From assembly GCF_004010195.1 (NCBI RefSeq), contig NC_057710.1, positions 149,556,503-149,576,502 of the forward strand: DNA of 20,000 nt, in the 5' to 3' direction. A program made the position numbers and the translations under genes. Shown in pieces: positions 1-10,522 of this stretch. How positions within the stretch are numbered: the stretch's first letter is position 1; each line of letters begins with the position of its first letter. A model generated the notes under the pieces. The model had not been told where the DNA came from, made no database searches, and saw only the letters and a list, made by a program, of their open reading frames with translations. Origin of the DNA: Chiloscyllium plagiosum. Taxonomy: Eukaryota.

Positions 1-699
1 AAGCTTCACTGATGAAATACATTTGCTTGTCTTCTGATTGAATAATTGTTACCACAACAAAAATCAAAAGCACTCTGTCTACCTGATCATGCAATCATCT
101 TCAACATGCACAGCCGTGCCTCAAAAAAGCTGCCATACAAACCAAAACAAAGCTAAAACAGGAGTTAAGCAGAAATATGAAAAGAAAAAGAAAACAAAAT
201 GTCAATAGATGTCACTCTGACAGGTTCAAGTAGTTTCATGTTTGGCAGTACATCTTATGCAAAGAGTATCACCTCCATTGTCTTCCCACCCCCAGCCTCT
301 TCGCTTGCCTGGCGCTCCACCTCTCCAGTGTAGAATGTCAACTCTCCATTACCACTAGATCCAAAATCTGAGATTTGCACCTTTAATGCATGTTGTTGCA
401 TACCTTACACTCAGCTAGACTGCCCTTTTTTTAATGCCCACCCATGCCTCAAGTTTGATGATGGCTAGCACTCCCCAAAGCATGTACAGACCACTCTGAC
501 TGCAACCTGTGCACACACAATGGCATCTGTGTGCAAATAACAGTGCTGTGTCAGCTGTACTCCCTTTTGTTGGGGCACCTAAGTTCATACTGAGGCCACG
601 ATTGGTATCCTCCTCTATGCTGTCTCATTGCACATGATGTCTCTCTGATCCAGATACTCCATTGCAGCAAAAACGGCAGCATGGATTGGAAACCATTGG

Positions 700-802
700 C
701 CTGTTTCAGCAAGAACAAAAAAAACTGGAAAAGCTCAGCATGTCAGGCACCACCATGTGGGGAAAGAAAGAGTTAATTTTCAGGTGGATGACATATGTCA
801 TC
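700..802 (-). mobile_element. Decayed Penelope-type terminal repeat fragment
   Basis: ctggaaaagctcagcatgtcaggcacca resembles ctggaaaagcacagcaggtcaggcagca at 5988-6015. The hammerhead position is degenerate. Confidence 0.55.
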
Positions 803-843
803 GTAGATGTTTCTAACCAACCCATTCAGAGATGTTATTGCAC

Positions 844-1734
844 ATTCTGGTTGAAAACGTACGTGATCCAGTAAGTAACAGGATAACATATTCTTTTAAA
901 AAGTACGTGCGCCGGCTTCAGATTGAAACTTTACAGTGGAAGCACTAGTGGCATTGTACTGTACCCATTTGTTATAATAAAATGTTACGTAGATAATGGA
1001 GAGACTCTTTTTATAGTGTCATTATGTTCAATTTTGAAAGGTTTGCTTGAAGGGCAAAATCATCGCCTTTTAAAAGGTTTTTCAGCCATTCATAACTCTC
1101 CATATTAGGACTTTGGAAGGATAATTAAATCTGAAAAAAAAAGTGAGACTTTTTGCTTTAGGAGACTGATTATTCCAGCATCTGAACTCCTGCATTACGC
1201 TGCAGACTTTGACAAAGAGGGCCACAGCATTTTCATCATTGGCTTTTAATACTTGGTGTTTCAAGTTCTCCCGTAGTCACTTCATCTGATTTATTAAGAT
1301 CTACATTTTTTGAAAAAAAATTAGCATTATATGATGATGTAGTGATGAAATGAACTTTGAAGTATTTGATCCCTAGCCTGTTTATTATAAAAACAAGTTA
1401 AAGTAAGTCTGGGACATTTCTGTATATTTATTTCATTATACTAACAGATGAAACTACGTCTTATAATCAGTATCTGTAATAAAAATGATTTGCTTGCTGC
1501 AAAGATAGAAATATTTTCAAGGCAAAACCTAGAAATATTTGCTAAGAAATTTGATTACTCCAGTTTTGAAGATAGATTGGTGAGGTAGTTCTCCTTAGAG
1601 AGAAGGCAACTAAGAAGAGATCTAATAGAACTTTTCAAAGGCATGAGAGGACTGGTGAGAGTAGGTACAGAGAAATTGTAGATATGGAGAAACGATCTAG
1701 AACAAGAGCACTCAGATTTGAAATGATTTTCAAA
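844..1734 (+). repeat. Left arm of a ~0.9 kb diverged inverted duplication
   Basis: Colinear reverse-complement match to ~9765-10945. Exact blocks: 1166-1192 = rc 10611-10637 (27 nt); 1536-1555 = rc 9943-9962 (20 nt); 1482-1499 = rc 10000-10017. Confidence 0.93.
1556..1734 (+). mobile_element. Old CR1 ORF2 3' fragment within the left arm
   Basis: Decayed translation ..EDRLVR....LERRQLRRDLIELFKGMRGLVRV..RSRTR, similar to the young CR1 at 5300-5470. Confidence 0.75.
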
Positions 1735-1896
1735 TGTAGCGACTGTCAGGTGGCCAAGAGCAGAAATCTTTCTTGATTATATGTTTTATTGAGATATGTC
1801 TCTTGATTAAATTTACAAATAAATCATAAGTATTAAGTTAGCCTGGAGGAATAAGACGGTGCTATTTTCTGAGTCTGTAGATTGGAAGAAGAAAAA

Positions 1897-2792
1897 ATGG
1901 CCTTTAGTAGAGTGATATACTCTTCTTGCGGGAGAATTTAGGGAGAGTTTGTGTTACTGAGGATTATATCTGCAATAAATGCCATTGGTTGTGAATCCAA
2001 TCATATTTAATGGAGTGGTTGGAGCGACAGAGGCAGTAAGGAATTTACAAGAACAAGGGGGTGTGATGGATAACAGTTATAGGAAGGGAGAAAAGTCACA
2101 GATAGTCAAAAGGATGGGTTAACTCCAGGAAAAGTAAGAGAGGTAGGCAGGTAGGACAGGAGTCTTCTATGGCGATCCCCATTTCAAACAAGTGTGCTGT
2201 TTTGGAAAATGAAAGGGGTGATGGACTCTCAGAGGAATATAGCATGAACAGCCAAGTTTCTGGTATTATGACTGGCTCTAATGAAATGAGGGGTACGTTG
2301 GGTTCCAAGAGGTCGATTGTGTTAGGGGACTCTCTAATTCGAGGCACAGACAGAAGTTTCTGTAGCCAGCAGCAAAAAATCAGAATGGTTGGTTACCTCC
2401 CTGGTGCCAGGAGTAAGGATGTCTTACGGAAGGTGCAGAATGTTCTCAACGGGGAAGAGGGCCACCAGGAGGTCATTGTACACATTGGAATCAACGGCAT
2501 AGGAATGAGATTCTGAAGGGAGCATAGAGAGAGTTAGGCAGGAATTTAAAAAGGAGGTAATTGAGAATAGTAACATCTGGATTACTCCAGGTGCTACAGG
2601 CTAGTAAGAACAGGAACAGGAGAATAGAGCAGATGAATACAGGGCTGAGAAGGATTCACATTTTTGGATCATTGGAATCTCTTCTAGGGTAGAAGCTACC
2701 CGTACAAGAAGGATTGACTGCACCGGAATTGGAAGGGGACTAAGATACTAGCAGGAAGATTTGCTCGAGCTGCTCAGGAGGATTTAAGCTAA
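1897..2792 (+). pseudogene. CR1 ORF1 remnant: zinc-finger/coiled-coil plus SGNH esterase-like domain
   Basis: ATG at 1897 gives MAFSRVIYSSC, followed by ..EDYICNKCHWL. ORF 2169-2516 contains IVLGDSLIRG (GDSL block I), LPGA and VIVHIGIN (GxN block III), typical of CR1 ORF1 esterases. Frameshifted. Confidence 0.85.
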
Positions 2793-2919
2793 TAAGGTGG
2801 GAGGTGGGATTCACAGAAATAGTGAGGAAAGAGATCAACCGGAGACTGGTAGCATTGGGAAAAGGAGCGAGTTAAACAGTCAGAGAAGGCAAGAATAAAG
2901 CAGAGAACAAGGTTGGACT

Positions 2920-5600
2920 GATAAATTAAACTGCATAAACTTCAATGCAAGAGGCCTAACAGGGAAGGCAGATGAATTCAGGCTATGGTTACGAACATCA
3001 GACTGGGATATCACAGCAATTACAGAAATGTATCTCAGGGGCAAACAGGACTGGCAGCTTAATGTTTCAGGATATAAATGCAATAAGATGGATAGAAAGG
3101 GGGGGGCAAGAGGAGGGGGACAGCTGTTTTTGATAAGGGATAGCATTACTGCTGTACTTAGGGAGGTTATTCCTGGAAATACACACAGGGAAGTGATTTG
3201 GGTGGAACTGAGAAATAAGGGATGCTCACCTTATTGGGACTATATTACAGACCCCCTAATAGTCAAAGGGAAATTGAGAAACAAACTTGTAAGGAGATCT
3301 CAACTATCTGTAAGAATAATAGGGTAGTTATGGCTGGTGATTTTAATTTTCCAAACATCGACTGGGACTGCCATAGTGTTAAAGGTTTAGATGGAGAGGA
3401 ATTTCTTAAGTGCGTACAAGGCAATTTTCTGATTCAGTATGTGGATGTACCTACTAGAGAAGGTGCAAAACTTGACCTACTCTTGGGAAATAAGGCAGGA
3501 TAGGTGACTGAGGTGTCAGTGGGGGAGCACTTTGGGGCCAGCGACCATAATTCTATTTGTTTTAAAATCGTGATGGAAAAGGTCTTAAAGTTGAAGTTCT
3601 AAATTGGAGAAAGGCCAGTTTTGACGGTATTAGGCAAGAACTTTCAGCAACTGATTGGGGGCAGATGTTTGCAGGTAAAAGGACGGCTGGAAAATGGGAA
3701 GTCTTCAGAAATGAGATTCCAGAGACAGTATATTCTTGTTCGGGTGAAAGGCAAGGTTGGGTAGGTGTGGGGAATGCTGGATGACTAGAGAAATTGAGGG
3801 TTTGGTTAAGAAAAAGAAAGAAGCATAAGTCAGGTACGGACAGGATAGATCGAGTGAATCCTTAGAAGGGTATAAAGGCAGTAGGAGCATACTTAAGAGG
3901 GAAACCAGGAGGGGGAAAAAGGGGACACGAGATAACTAGGGTCAAGGGGTTTTTACAAATACACTAAGGACAAAAGGATAGCTCGGGAGAGAATAGGGTC
4001 CCTCAAAGATCAGCAAGGCGGTCTTTGTGTGGAACCACAGGAGGTGGGGGAGATACTAAACAAGTGTTTTGCATCAGTGTTTACTGTGGAAAAGAACATG
4101 GAAGGTAAAGAATGTAGGGAAATATATGGTGAGATGTTGCAAAATGTCCATATTAGAGAGGAGGAAGTGCTGGATTTCTTGAAACGCATAAAAGTGGATA
4201 AATCCCCAGGACCTGATCAGGTGTACCCTAGAACTCTGTGGGAAGTGATAGAAGTGATTGCTGGGCATCTTATTGAGGTATTTGTATCATCGATAGTCAC
4301 AGGTGAGGTGCTGGAAGACTGGAGGTTGGCTAATGCGGCGTCACTATTTAAGAAAGGTGGTAAAGACAAGCCAGGGAACTATAAACCAGTGAACCTGACC
4401 TCGGTGGTGGGCAAGTTGTTGGAGGGAATCCTGAGGGACAGAATGTACATGTATTTGGAAAGGCAAGGACTGATTAGGGATAGCCAACATGGCTTTGTGC
4501 ATGGGAAATCAAGTCTCACAAACTTGATTGAGGTTTTTGAAGTAACAAAGAGGATTGATGTGGGCAGAGCGGTTGATGTGATCTAATGTGATCAGTAAGG
4601 CATTCGACAAGGTTCCGCATGGGAGACTGATTAGCAAGGTTAGATCTCATGGAATAAAGGGAGAACTAGCCATTTGGATACAGAACTGGATCAAAGGTAG
4701 AAGACAGAGGGTGGCAATGGAGGGTTGTTTTTCAGACTGGAGTCCTGTGACCAGTAGAGTGCTACAAGGATCGGTGCTGGGTCCACTGCTTTTCATCATT
4801 TATGCTCACATCCAAATCAATAATATAAGATGCCTAGTTAGTAAGTTTGCAGATTGACACCAAAATTGAAGGTGTGGTGGACAGCAAAGAATGCTACCTT
4901 AGATTACAACAGGATCTTGATCAGACGAGCCAAAGGACTGAGGAGTGGCAGATGGACTTTAAGTTAGATAAATGCGAGGTGCTGCATTTTGGGAAAGCAA
5001 ATCTTAGCAGGAGTTACACACCTAATGGTAAGTCCTAGGGAGTGTTGCTGAACAAAGAAATCTTGGAGTGCAGGTTCATAGCTCCTTGAAAGTAGAGTCT
5101 CAGATAGATAGGATAGTGAAGGCGGCGTTTGGTATGTTTTCCTTTATTGGTCAGAGTACTGAGTACAGGAGTTGGGAGGTCATGTTGCGGCTGTACAGGA
5201 CACAGATTAGGCCACTTTTGCAATATTACATGCAATTCTGGTCTTCTTCCTATCGGAAAAATGTTGTGAAACTTGAAAGGGTTCAGGGAAGGAGGATTTA
5301 AGCTATAGGGAGAAGTTGAATAGGCTAGGGCTGTTTTCCCTGGAGTATCGGAGGCTGAGGGGTGACCTTATAAAGGTTTAGAAAATCATGAGGGGCATGG
5401 ATAGGATAAAAAGACAAAGTCTTTTCCCTGGAGTGGGGGAGTCCAGAACTAGAGGGCATAGGTTTAGGGTGAGTGGGAAAGATTTAAAAGGGAAATGAGG
5501 GGCAACATTTTCACGTAGAGGGTGGTACATGTATGGAATAAGCTGCCAAAGGAAGTGGTGGAGGCTGGTACAATGGCAACATTTAAGAGGCATCTGGATG
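2920..5600 (+). pseudogene. CR1 ORF2 remnant: apurinic endonuclease plus reverse transcriptase
   Basis: Endonuclease motifs YYRPPN, AGDFNFPNIDW, PTREGAKLDLLL, SDH. RT-region motifs KSPGPD, NYKPVNLTSVVGKLLE, SQHGF, KAFDKVPH, QGSVLGPLLF, KFAD(D), WQMDF..KC.VLHFG. Split over several frames. Confidence 0.95.
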
Positions 5601-5971
5601 GGTAAATGAATAGGAAGGGCTTGGAGGGACATGGGCTGGGTGCTGGCAGGTGGGACTAGATTGGGTTGGGATATCTGGTCGGCGTGAACAAGTTAGACCA
5701 AAGGGTCTGTTTCAGTGCTGTACATCTCTATGACTCTATGACTGGTTAAAAGTTACAATGAAGCATGCTGGGAATTTTGGTCAAGCTAGTTTAAACTCTG
5801 ACCTCAGATAAAACCGCAGCCAGGAAATGTCGTGACTTGTCATGTAAGCTGTGACCTGCAGTTTTGTGTATTCACCAAATAAGGCAGGGTTTATGGCTAT
5901 CTCTAGACATACTGGCATAATATTTTCTTACAATGAGCACGGAATGTGACTTGGTATAAAAATTTGTAAGT

Positions 5972-7732
5972 TTAGATTAGAATGGTGCTGGAAAAGCACA
6001 GCAGGTCAGGCAGCATCCGGGGAGCAGGAAAATCGACATTTCGGGCAAAAGCCCTTCATCAGGAATAGAGGCAGGATGCCTGCAGAGTGGAGAGGTAAAT
6101 GGGGGGGGGGGGGGGGAAGTGGGAGAAAGTAGCACAGAGTACAATGGGGGTGGGGATGAAGCTGATAAATCAGAGAGGAAGGTGGAGTGGATCGGTGGAA
6201 AGGAAGATAGGCAGGTAGGACAGGTCATGAGGACAGTGCTGAGCTGGAAAGCTGGAGTTGGGGTGAGGTGGGGAAAGGGGAAATTAGGAAACTGGTGAAA
6301 TCAACAATGATGCCCTGGGGTTGAAGCGTTCTGAGGTGGAAGATGAGGCGTTCTTCCTCCAGGCGTCAGGTGGTGAGGGAGCGGCGGTGGAGGAGGCCCA
6401 GGGCCTGCATGTCCTCGGCAGAGTGGGAGGGTAAGTTGAAATGTGAGACCACAGAGCGGTGGGGTTGATTGGTGCGGGTGTCCTAGAGATGTTCCCTAAA
6501 GCGCTCTGCTAGGAGGCGTCCAGTCTCCCCAACGTAGAGGAGACTGCAGCGGAAGCAACGGATACAATAAATGATATTGCTGGATGTGCAGGTAAACTCT
6601 GATGGATGTGGAAGGCTCCTGTGGGGCCTTGGATGGAGGTGAGGGAGGAGGTGTGGGCGCAGGTTTTGCAATTTCTGCAGTGGCAGGGGAGGGTGCCAGG
6701 AAGGGAGGGTGAGTTGTTGGGAGGCGTGGATCTGACCAGGTAGTCATGGAGGGAACGGTCTTTGCGGAAAGCGGAAAGGGGTGTGGAGGGAAATATATCC
6801 CTGGTGGTGGGATCCGTTCGGGGGTGGCGGAAATGTCGGCAGATGATTTGGTTTATGCGAAGGTTGGTAGGGTGGAAGGTGAGGAGCAGTGGGGTTCTGT
6901 CCTTGTTACGTTTGAAAGGGTGGGGTTTGAGGGCGGTGATGCGGGATGTGGACGAGATGCGTTGGAGGGCATCTTTAACCACGTGGGAAGGGAAATTGCG
7001 TTCTCGAAAGGAGGAGACCATCTGGTGTGTTCTGTGGTGGAACTGGTCCTCCTGGGAGCAGATACAGCTGAGGCAGAGGAATTGGGAATACGGGATGGCA
7101 TTTTTGCAGGAAGTAGGGTGGGAAGAGGTATAATCCAGGTAGCTGTGGGAGTTGGTGGGTTTGTAAAAAATGTCAGTGTCAAGTTGGTCTTCATTAATGG
7201 AGATGGAGAGGTCCAGGAAGGGAAGAGAGGTTTCAGAGATGGTCCAGGTGAATTTAAGGTCGGGGTGGAATGTTGGCGAAGTTGATGAATTGCTTAATCT
7301 CCTTGCTGGAGCATGAGGTGGCGCCAATGCAGTCATCAATGTAGCGGAGGAAGAGGTGGGGAGTGGTTTCAGTGTAACTACGGAAGATGGACTGTTCTAC
7401 GTAGCCAACAAAGAGACAGGTATAGCTGGGCCCCCTATGGGTGCCCATGGCTACCCCTTCGGTCTGGAGGAAGTGAGAGGATTCTAAGGAGAAATTGTTA
7501 AGGGTGAAGACCAGTTCAGTCCAACGAATGAGAGTGTCAGTGGAAGGGTACTGTTGGGAACGTCGGGAGAGAAAGAAACGGAGGGCTTGGAGGCCCTGGT
7601 CATGGAGGATGGAGGTGTAGAGGGATTGGATATCCATGGTGAAGATGAGGCGTTGGGGGCCGGGAGATGGAAGTCTTGGAGGTGGTGGAGGGCGTGGGTG
7701 GTGTCTCGAATGTATGTGGGGAGTTCCTGGAC
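5972..7732 (-). mobile_element. 5'-truncated Penelope-like retroelement (RT plus GIY-YIG endonuclease) with terminal repeat
   Basis: RT motifs FTMDIQSLYTSI, NNFS, GVAMGT, LRYIDD, LPFLDL, IFYKPT (ORFs 7254-7763 and 6509-7339). GIY-YIG motif NIIYCIRC..C.LLYVGETGRLLAERFREH (6483-6671). Frameshifts between segments. Terminus 5972-6066 is similar to 19930-20000. Confidence 0.95.
6031..6066 (-). ncRNA. Minimal type I hammerhead ribozyme motif in the Penelope terminal repeat
   Basis: Minus strand: attc CUGAUGA a GGGC uuuu GCCC GAAA uGUC gauu. Both core boxes are present with a perfect 4-bp helix II. GAAAUGUC is a CpG-decay form of GAAACGUC. Penelope-like elements are known to carry such minimal hammerheads. 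Confidence 0.8.
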
Positions 7733-8384
7733 TTTGTTTTGGAAAACAGGAGGTCAGAAGCATAAAATTTTGGGAGTTCTTTCCCAGTAAACTCCATTGG
7801 CTGGGATCGAAGGATGTGTGATGGTTTAGTCAATAAATTGACTGAGTGACAGAGAGGTTTCTGGAAATAAGCTCATTTTGTGATAAAAGTTAGCAGAATT
7901 TAGGATTTTGCAGGAGTAGCATTCAAAATCAATGTTTGAGAAGCATATTCCCTGAACTTATCTTCAGAGAAGATGAGTGCCACATCACAAGGTCTACAGA
8001 CAGCAAAGTTGGCCACTTCACACACTCTGGGGGGGGATAGCATTTGTTTCAATTCAAACTTATAGAGTTAAAGTTAGTGCTAGAGTTAAATGTGATTTAA
8101 GTCAAATAAAGTGAACTTAAATGAAGCAAGTTAAAGTTGAAGTTAGATGAAGTTAAAAGTAAATGTTGCAACAAACGCATGTTTTATTTTGAGTGTTGGT
8201 ACTTAAATTAAATGGTTAAATAAAAAAGAGTTTGTTTAAGTCTGAGTTGGTTCCCTGCCTTTTGCCTGTCACATAACAGAGGAATACCTGAGTAAAAGGT
8301 TTGAATACTCCTTTCGGGCCACAGTAATAATTGTGATTCTCAAAAGTATTTTCAAAAACTCAAAACACAAAAAAGTTCTAAAGA

Positions 8385-8760
8385 TTTTCTGGGAACAGGG
8401 TTTGAATCCCACCATAGAAGATGATGAAATTTGAATTCAATAAAACATCTGGAATTAAGAATCTAATGCTGACCACAAAACCACTGCTCATTGTCAGGAG
8501 AAAAAGAAACCACCACCACCTGCATGCATCCCTACAAGCCACTCACCATCCCGACTTGGAAATGTATCGCCGTTCCTTCATTGTTGCTGGATCAAAATTC
8601 TGGAATTCCCTCCCTAACGGCATTGTGGATTAACCCACAGTAGGTGGACTGCAGTGGTTCAAGAAGGTAGCTCACTGACACCTTCTCAAGGGCAACTAGG
8701 GACAAGCAATAAATGCTGGCTAGCCAGGATGGCCAGATCTCATGAATAAATAAAACAAAA
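8385..8760 (+). mobile_element. SINE 5'/body fragment (8385-~8505) joined to a LINE 3' end (~8506-8760)
   Basis: B box GGTTTGAATCCC, then gaaatttgaattcaataaa..atctggaattaagaa matching the 10167-10522 SINE. Followed by the LINE C-terminal-like frame ..RRSFIVAGSKFWNSLP and the shared tail gggcaactaggga..gcaataaatgctggc ending in an A-rich tract. Confidence 0.7.
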
Positions 8761-9769
8761 AATTTCTGCAGCAGGTGGACTTGAACCTAGGGGTAGGGAC
8801 ACTGCCACTACATCACTAGGATCCCCTCCACATGCCTTCCCCCCCCCCCCCAAATTCAATGCAATATCCCTAATTTGCTTTCAACAAGCTCTGAACAGAC
8901 TTATTAACTATTATAATTAGTCTCAAAACAGAACTGGTTTGCTGGGGCTCACATTATCTCATCTGAATGATGCTTGCCTGCATCAGGAACAGTTATAGGA
9001 AACCAGCACACCAGCTGGTACTCACAAGCTTTTACTTCCACACCCAGAGACCTAAAAATACTACCCTTCACAGGTTAAAAGCCAGAAGGCCAAATTTGAG
9101 ATGCAACAACAACTCAGGATGAGAGTAGGGGTTGAATGTTCTTGCGGAGCCAGAAACTCCCACCTCAATGCCAACACATCTGGTAACACAGCAGCACTGA
9201 AATTTAAGTCACATTTCCAATTCTAACATAATTATATGGCGAGGTTCTCCATGACACGACACTTAGATGCCCTGACATATGTCACCTAAAAAAGGCAGTG
9301 GGTTGATGCAAAAAGCTGGGGATGCATATTTCGCCACAGCCCTCCATCAACTCTGATTTGAAAAGTCTATTCCAACTCTAGTTATTGTAAAGACCATGGC
9401 ACCATATTCTAATGCTTTTCTCTTACCAATGAAGCAGTAATCAACCTCTGCTCTTCAGGTTTCCAAGTAAAACTGTACAGATTGAAAGTTTTTGTAGTGG
9501 GGGAGGTGCTAAAAATAGAATCAAAGCAAATCACTTGGAGAGCTCATAGAGCAGCTGCATTATTATTAATACAAAATTAAGATTTTGTTCTAAGGACTAT
9601 AAGAGCCTCAAGGTACGCTGCTCATTACAAGGCATGTTGAATACTGCACACATATTATCATGGAAATTGAAGTTATCAAAATATGACATTGAAGTTTTCA
9701 CAGCCAAACTTAATTGCTAAATTTCTGTCAAATTGATATTAGAAAAATACTGATATCTTTCTTCAAAAA

Positions 9770-9942
9770 AACACTTCAAATCTCATCCCCTTGTTCTTGA
9801 TCCTTTCACTAGTGAGAACAATTTCTCCCTACCTAGTCTAACCAAACCACTCATGACTCTGAAAATTTCTGTAAAATCTCCACTTAGATTCCATTTTGTC
9901 CAATGAGACCTACCTCGCCAATTTATCCTCATAATTGAAGCT
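9770..9942 (-). mobile_element. Old CR1 ORF2 3' fragment within the right arm
   Basis: ORF 9783-9965 ends LSGDFTEIFRVMSGLVRLGREKLFSLVKGSRTRG, the typical CR1 ORF2 C-terminal motif. Confidence 0.8.
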
Positions 9943-10166
9943 ATCAAATTTCTTAGCAAATACATCTAGGTTTTTGGCTTTGAAATATTTCCATCCTCAC
10001 AGCAAGCAAATCATTTTAATATAGTTGCTGAGAATAAGACACAGTTTCAACTATTAATGTAATAAAATAAATATCCAGAAATGTTCCAAACTTGTTTTTA
10101 TAACCAACAGGCGAGGGATCAAACACTTGAAAGCTGGAATAAAACAAATTAAGTTTTTTTAAAAAA

Positions 10167-10522
10167 ATCCATTCACAGGAACAGGGTGTCGCTGGCTAGG
10201 TCAACATACATTATCCAAACCTAATTGCCCAGAGGGCAGTTCAGAGTCAACCACATTGCTGTGGGTCTGAACTCACATATAGGCCAGACTAGATGAGGAT
10301 GGCAGATTTCATTCCCTGAAGGTCATTCGTGAACCAGATGGTTTCTTTTTACAATAATTGAGAATGGCTTCACAGTCATCAGTAGTTTCTTAATTCGAGA
10401 TTTTTATTTACTGAATTCAAATTCCAGTTGCCATGTTGGGTTTCAAATCTGGGTCCCAGAACATCAGCTGAGCTTTTGGATTAACAGTATAAAAAACAAT
10501 ATCACTATGCCATTGTCTCCCC
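10167..10522 (-). mobile_element. tRNA-derived SINE with LINE-derived 3' tail
   Basis: Minus strand starts GGGAGACAATGGCATAGTG (A-box-like) with a decayed B box (GATTTGAAACCC). Body is similar to 8385-8505 and the tail GGGCAATTAGG...CTAGCCAGCGAC...TGAATG is similar to 8689-8750. Absent from the left arm of the duplication. Confidence 0.8.

Larger units (their letters stand above)
1746..5743 (+). mobile_element. Near full-length, inactivated CR1-clade LINE
   Basis: ORF1 and ORF2 remnants in order (zinc finger, SGNH esterase, APE endonuclease, RT). 3' end has the CR1-type octamer repeat ctctatgactctatgact (5726-5743). GACTG occurs at both junctions (1741-1745, 5740-5744), a possible TSD or microhomology. 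Many stops and frameshifts. Confidence 0.95.
1735..8278 (+). mobile_element. Putative solo LTR (~0.8 kb: 1735-1745, 5745-5971, 7733-8278) split by the CR1 and Penelope insertions
   Basis: Joined pieces start TGTAGCG and end CATAACA (TG...CA). They contain TATAAAA (5955-5961) and AATAAA (8219-8224) about 55 nt before the end. It begins where an old CR1 fragment stops. No clear TSD seen. Confidence 0.5.

Noticed and set aside
787..802. Perfect 16-bp palindrome GATGACATATGTCATC; its 12-bp core TGACATATGTCA recurs at 9273-9284
   Set aside because: Short, at the end of a decayed Penelope-type terminus, and no flanking homology between the two sites.
2096..5632. Minus-strand ORFs across the CR1
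   Set aside because: Antisense frames of the LINE.
6101..6116. Poly-G run (and poly-C at ~8839-8851)
   Set aside because: Simple homopolymers, the first inside the Penelope 3' region. Lengths are unreliable.
6746..7821. Plus-strand ORFs (179, 123, 62, 78, 61 aa)
   Set aside because: Antisense shadows of the Penelope RT in G-rich sequence, with no recognisable domain.
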